From: Zootoca vivipara
Lineage: Eukaryota
Assembly: GCF_963506605.1 (NCBI RefSeq)
Contig: NC_083276.1
Location: 49,786,001 to 49,850,000 of the forward strand
Length of the DNA stretch: 64,000 nt
Reading direction: 5' to 3'
Within the stretch, counting starts at the first letter, position 1; the number at the start of each line of letters is the position of its first letter. Both the position numbers and the translations under genes were made by a program. Positions 60,259 to 64,000 of this stretch are shown piece after piece. Under the pieces are notes generated by a model. The model made no database searches. It saw nothing but the letters and a program-made list of their open reading frames with translations, and was not told the DNA's origin.

Positions 60259-62533
60259 TGCAATGCGAACACATGAATAACTGAGTTTGTGGTGCAGTGC
60301 CAGAATTATATGTGCTTCACCATAGTAGGTGCCCACAACTGCCTTGCCGTGCGACATAGACCATCTTGAATATGGCTCCTGCCTCACATACACAGCTATT
60401 GCATGCATACCCATAGTCATAAGCCTCAGTCCTTGGTCAATCTTCTGCTCCAGTAATCATGGTGCAATGAGGCCTTCTTGGCATACTGTCAGTATAATCA
60501 TATGCATCTTTTCTTACAAGTAAGTCCCATTGTGTTCAATGGTGCTTACTCCCAGAAAAGTGTGCAAATAATTGCAGCCTGTGTTCAGTCAGAGCTGTAA
60601 ATGCTTCCCCTAAAAATCCATTCCTATTTCTTGTGGTCAGGCAAATATGCAGCCTTGTCACCTCCTGCTCCACTGATCTTGTGGAAGAGGCTAATAAGTC
60701 CAGTGTGCTTCTCTGGCCAGCAAACTGGAGCATGTTTGCTAATGGCTCCCCGGCTGTCAGAAGTTCTCCATCCAAAGCCCTTACTCCCAATTTGCATTTT
60801 GCAATGAGCCATGCTCAGTGACATAAACCTGGCGCTCTCTCTCTGTTTCTCTCCCAGGAGGCATCTCTTCTGGTCCGCTTTGTCCCACATGGAGCTTTCT
60901 GGTCCTTGCATTACAGGATTGGTGAGCACAGCTTCCTGAAACAATGCCGAGCTGCTCGCACTGCAGGGAAAGAGAAAATGGAGACCACATGCTAGGCATG
61001 TGGCAGGAGATGCGCGCTGAGATTTAGTGAAGGGTGTCATGGCAGACAGCAGCATTTAAATGTTCAGAAGAGAAGATGTATACCAGCACTGTACAGCAGC
61101 GAGGGTGACATCAGGCAGTCTGTTTCAATCCATTTATCAGGCTGCCTGCAGCGGCTCTGATTTTAAAGCAAAGCAAAGCAAAGCCAATACCCAACAGATG
61201 CCTGCAAAGTTACTGGAGGGAGTTCATAGAAGAGCAGTACCAGTGATGAACTACCCAAAGGATTGATTGATGAGAGCGAGATAAAAAGAGTGACATATGC
61301 ACAGCTTGGCTCTTCAATGACAGGGGCTTCCAGTCCATTTCCAGGCACAATTCAAAGTACTGGTTCTGTCCCACAAAGTCCTAAACAAAGATGGTGCATT
61401 GCTGATGATGCAGAGATGCATAGGCCAATGGTCTTCGGCAATACAATGCAGTTTCAGGTGCTTCTGTGCTGCCTATTGATGGCAACTCCCTCCAAATCTT
61501 CAGACAAGCTCACTCACAGCAGGGTCAGGTAGATGAGAGCCAAGATCTCCCAGCACTACCTTCTGGAATGGAAAGTCAAAAGCTGCAGTATACAACTGTG
61601 ATACCTCCTCCGAAAGGTTATCATGGTTGGTACTGAGAGCTGCAGAGACATTGAGGAGAAACAACAGGGTCTATCCACTATATGGTGTGCTCATTCTATT
61701 TGCACCATTTGTATGGTGTGCTCATTCTATCTTTCACAACAGCTCCTCCCTCCAGTGACCCCTAACCCAAAGTACGCAGCTGTCTTCAGCGAGCCCCTCT
61801 GACCCTTGCTAGGTTTCAGCCAGTGCCCCTGTTCCTCACAGCGATCACAGCAGCAGCCAATGCGATCTGCCCAGGAGGCTCTCATAACTTGGACTGGTGG
61901 CCTCTGACCCCCGGTTAAGGAATCGCTTAATGCATCTTCTTAGTCCCGTGACTGCAAGCACATGGGGTCTGTTCTTGCTGTCGCTTCTTTTGTGCATCAG
62001 ATGCACGATTTGTTCATCTCTGGTGGCACACGCCGCTGCGATATAAATAATACCCAAACTGCCCCAAGGCCTGGAGCCAACTCTTGGCCTAAGAAGCAAG
62101 GAGTGGAGGCCATGTCCTCTGCTTAACCTACCAAGAGTCCAGTTAAGCACTAGCGCTGGGAGTTCCCTCCCTCCCTCCTGCTCTCGTTCCGCCGCATCCT
62201 CCACCATCTGCTGCCAGGAGCCGCCCAGGTGGAACTGCGTCCTTCCTTTTGTTTGGCTGAAGGCATCTCTGTGCAAAGCCAGCAATGCGAGGCCAAGGGA
62301 CAAAGTGATGGTGCGCTTTGTGCTCTGCCAAACAACGGCTTGTAAACAGAAAACACGGCCATATCAAATGGATCCCATGTTTCTGGGCCTGGCATGGATC
62401 CAGCTGCATGGGTTGGGAAACAGTGATGCCTGCCTATAGCTGCTATAATTAGAGAGGGTGTGTGTGCCAGAGCTGTGCAGCGATGGGGCAGGTTTGTTGC
62501 ACCAGCCATATTGATTGCTCCTTGTAGGATGCT

Positions 62534-62537
<4 letters not shown>

Positions 62538-62581
<44 letters not shown>
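62538..62581. repeat. (CA)n microsatellite
   Basis: Seen directly. Confidence 0.95.
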
Positions 62582-62583
<2 letters not shown>

Positions 62584-63094
62584 GGCTGGTTGAGCAAGGT
62601 TGGCCTTGCCAGCTTTTTTTTTTTTTTTTTTTTGCTACACTCGCTGCTCTGAGCCTTATTTAAATAAATGATGCAATTACTGGGAATTAACTAGAGGTGA
62701 GGGATTACTGCCAAAACAGAGGCTTCCAATTTTCACCTTCATTGGATCTTCAGGGATTTGCTTTGCAGCAAAAGGAGAGGAAACTGCTCTTCCAGAAAAA
62801 TGTTAGGTGCGATGTTAGCTGCCAGCTTCTCTCCCCACCCCCCCAACCCCCACCCGCCCAGCCTCATGGACTCCATTGCCTCTTTAACTTCCATCTCCAA
62901 GTCATTTTCCAAATTTCCTCCTTTCTCCTCAACTGCCTCTCTGTTTTTCATAGAACCCTTCTGGTAGAATATTGCAAAAGTTATGGGTGGGGTGGGGGTT
63001 CCTATGGCACTCCGGAGGTTGTTGGACTACAGCTCCCATTATCCCTGATCATTGGCAGAACTGAATGAGACTTTTGGAGTCTAACAACATCTGA

Positions 63095-63282
63095 AACATA
63101 GGAAGCTGCCTTACACTGAGTCAAATCATTGGTCCAGCTATCTTAGTTCGGTCTACACTGACCACCAGCAGCTCTCCAGGAATTCAGGATTCTCTCCCAG
63201 CCCTGCCTGGAAATTCCGGGGTTCAAGCCTGAGACCTTCTGCACACAAAGCAGATCCTCTACCCCTAAGCCACAGTCCTTCA
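63095..63282 (-). mobile_element. Degraded tRNA-headed SINE with CR1-like tail
   Basis: Reverse-orientation tRNA-like head around 63215-63280 and an ACATAGGAAGCTGCC tail. Confidence 0.55.
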
Positions 63283-64000
63283 TATGGCTACAAGTTTCCA
63301 TTCCCTGTCATAAGGCCACCTAGTCCAGCCTCAATAGAATGGCCTTGCGGGATGAGAGCAAGTTCTACATAGCCCATCATCCTATTTCCTCCAGCAGCCC
63401 CCAAGATGCCCACAACAAAGTGACAAGCAGGGGATGAAGACAGGAGCAATCCCCAGTTTTTTTATTCTCCCCGGCACCAAAGTGACCTCCCTGGGCAGTA
63501 TGTATGGAGGTCCTGGGCTGCCCAGGCAACAAAACCCCCCTCTTGGCCTTGGTGATGTGGTCCAAAGAAAAGCAGAGCAATATGTTTGGCACCAACTTGG
63601 CTGCAGGAGTTGCCAGAAGGAGGCATACAAGACACCATCCAACCTAGAGGTAAACTGTCCCTAAGTAGGTAGGGTCTATTCATCTGTCAGAGCTCATAGA
63701 CCTTGTAGGGCACCTAATCCAACTCTCTGCTTGGTGCTGGAAATGCAAGGTGTGAGCATCCCTAGCAGGTGGCTATCTAGCTTCTGCTTTGAAACTTCCA
63801 GGAAGGGATTCTTGGTCTCTCCGTCAGGATACCTTCTCCTTCCAGAACATCAAATCCTTTCTCTAAGTAGTCATCTAAGTTGGTGAGTGACTCATCAAAA
63901 CGAATCCCAGAAGTTGATTCAGCATTATGTGAAGAGGTCCTTTCTTTAGCCAGTCTCTTGGTCATATCACAAACCAGCTTGTTGAAGGCAAGAGTTAACA

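Noticed and set aside
31200-64000. CHRM4 or MDK coding sequence expected from synteny
   Set aside because: No 7-transmembrane receptor or midkine-like ORF in any frame.

Overview
Vertebrate genomic DNA from a squamate reptile, most likely a lacertid-type lizard (inferred from Sauria SINEs, BovB and a squamate-type repeat set). The only host protein-coding sequence I can support is the 3' end of AMBRA1 on the + strand: the last three coding exons (14980-15072, 15765-15958, 28955-29442), with a 3' UTR running to about 31150. Positions 1-14979 look intronic. The region after about 31.2 kb has no host ORF; by human synteny it would lie upstream of CHRM4, whose coding exon is not in this window. 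The rest is mobile DNA: a full-length decayed RTE LINE, BovB/CR1/L2/L1 fragments, several SINE families and many hAT, Tc1/mariner and P-like MITEs, many with readable target-site duplications (TSDs). Highlights: (1) short fold-back Penelope-derived insertions, one with an intact minimal type I hammerhead ribozyme, and two that chose almost the same 19-bp target; (2) the apparent 1-kb CpG island at 39.6-40.6 kb is a non-autonomous Helitron that splits a CR1 fragment with no TSD; (3) MITEs with P-element-like termini. Nearly all other ORFs in the supplied track are chance or repeat-derived. Family names come from motif recognition, not database searches.
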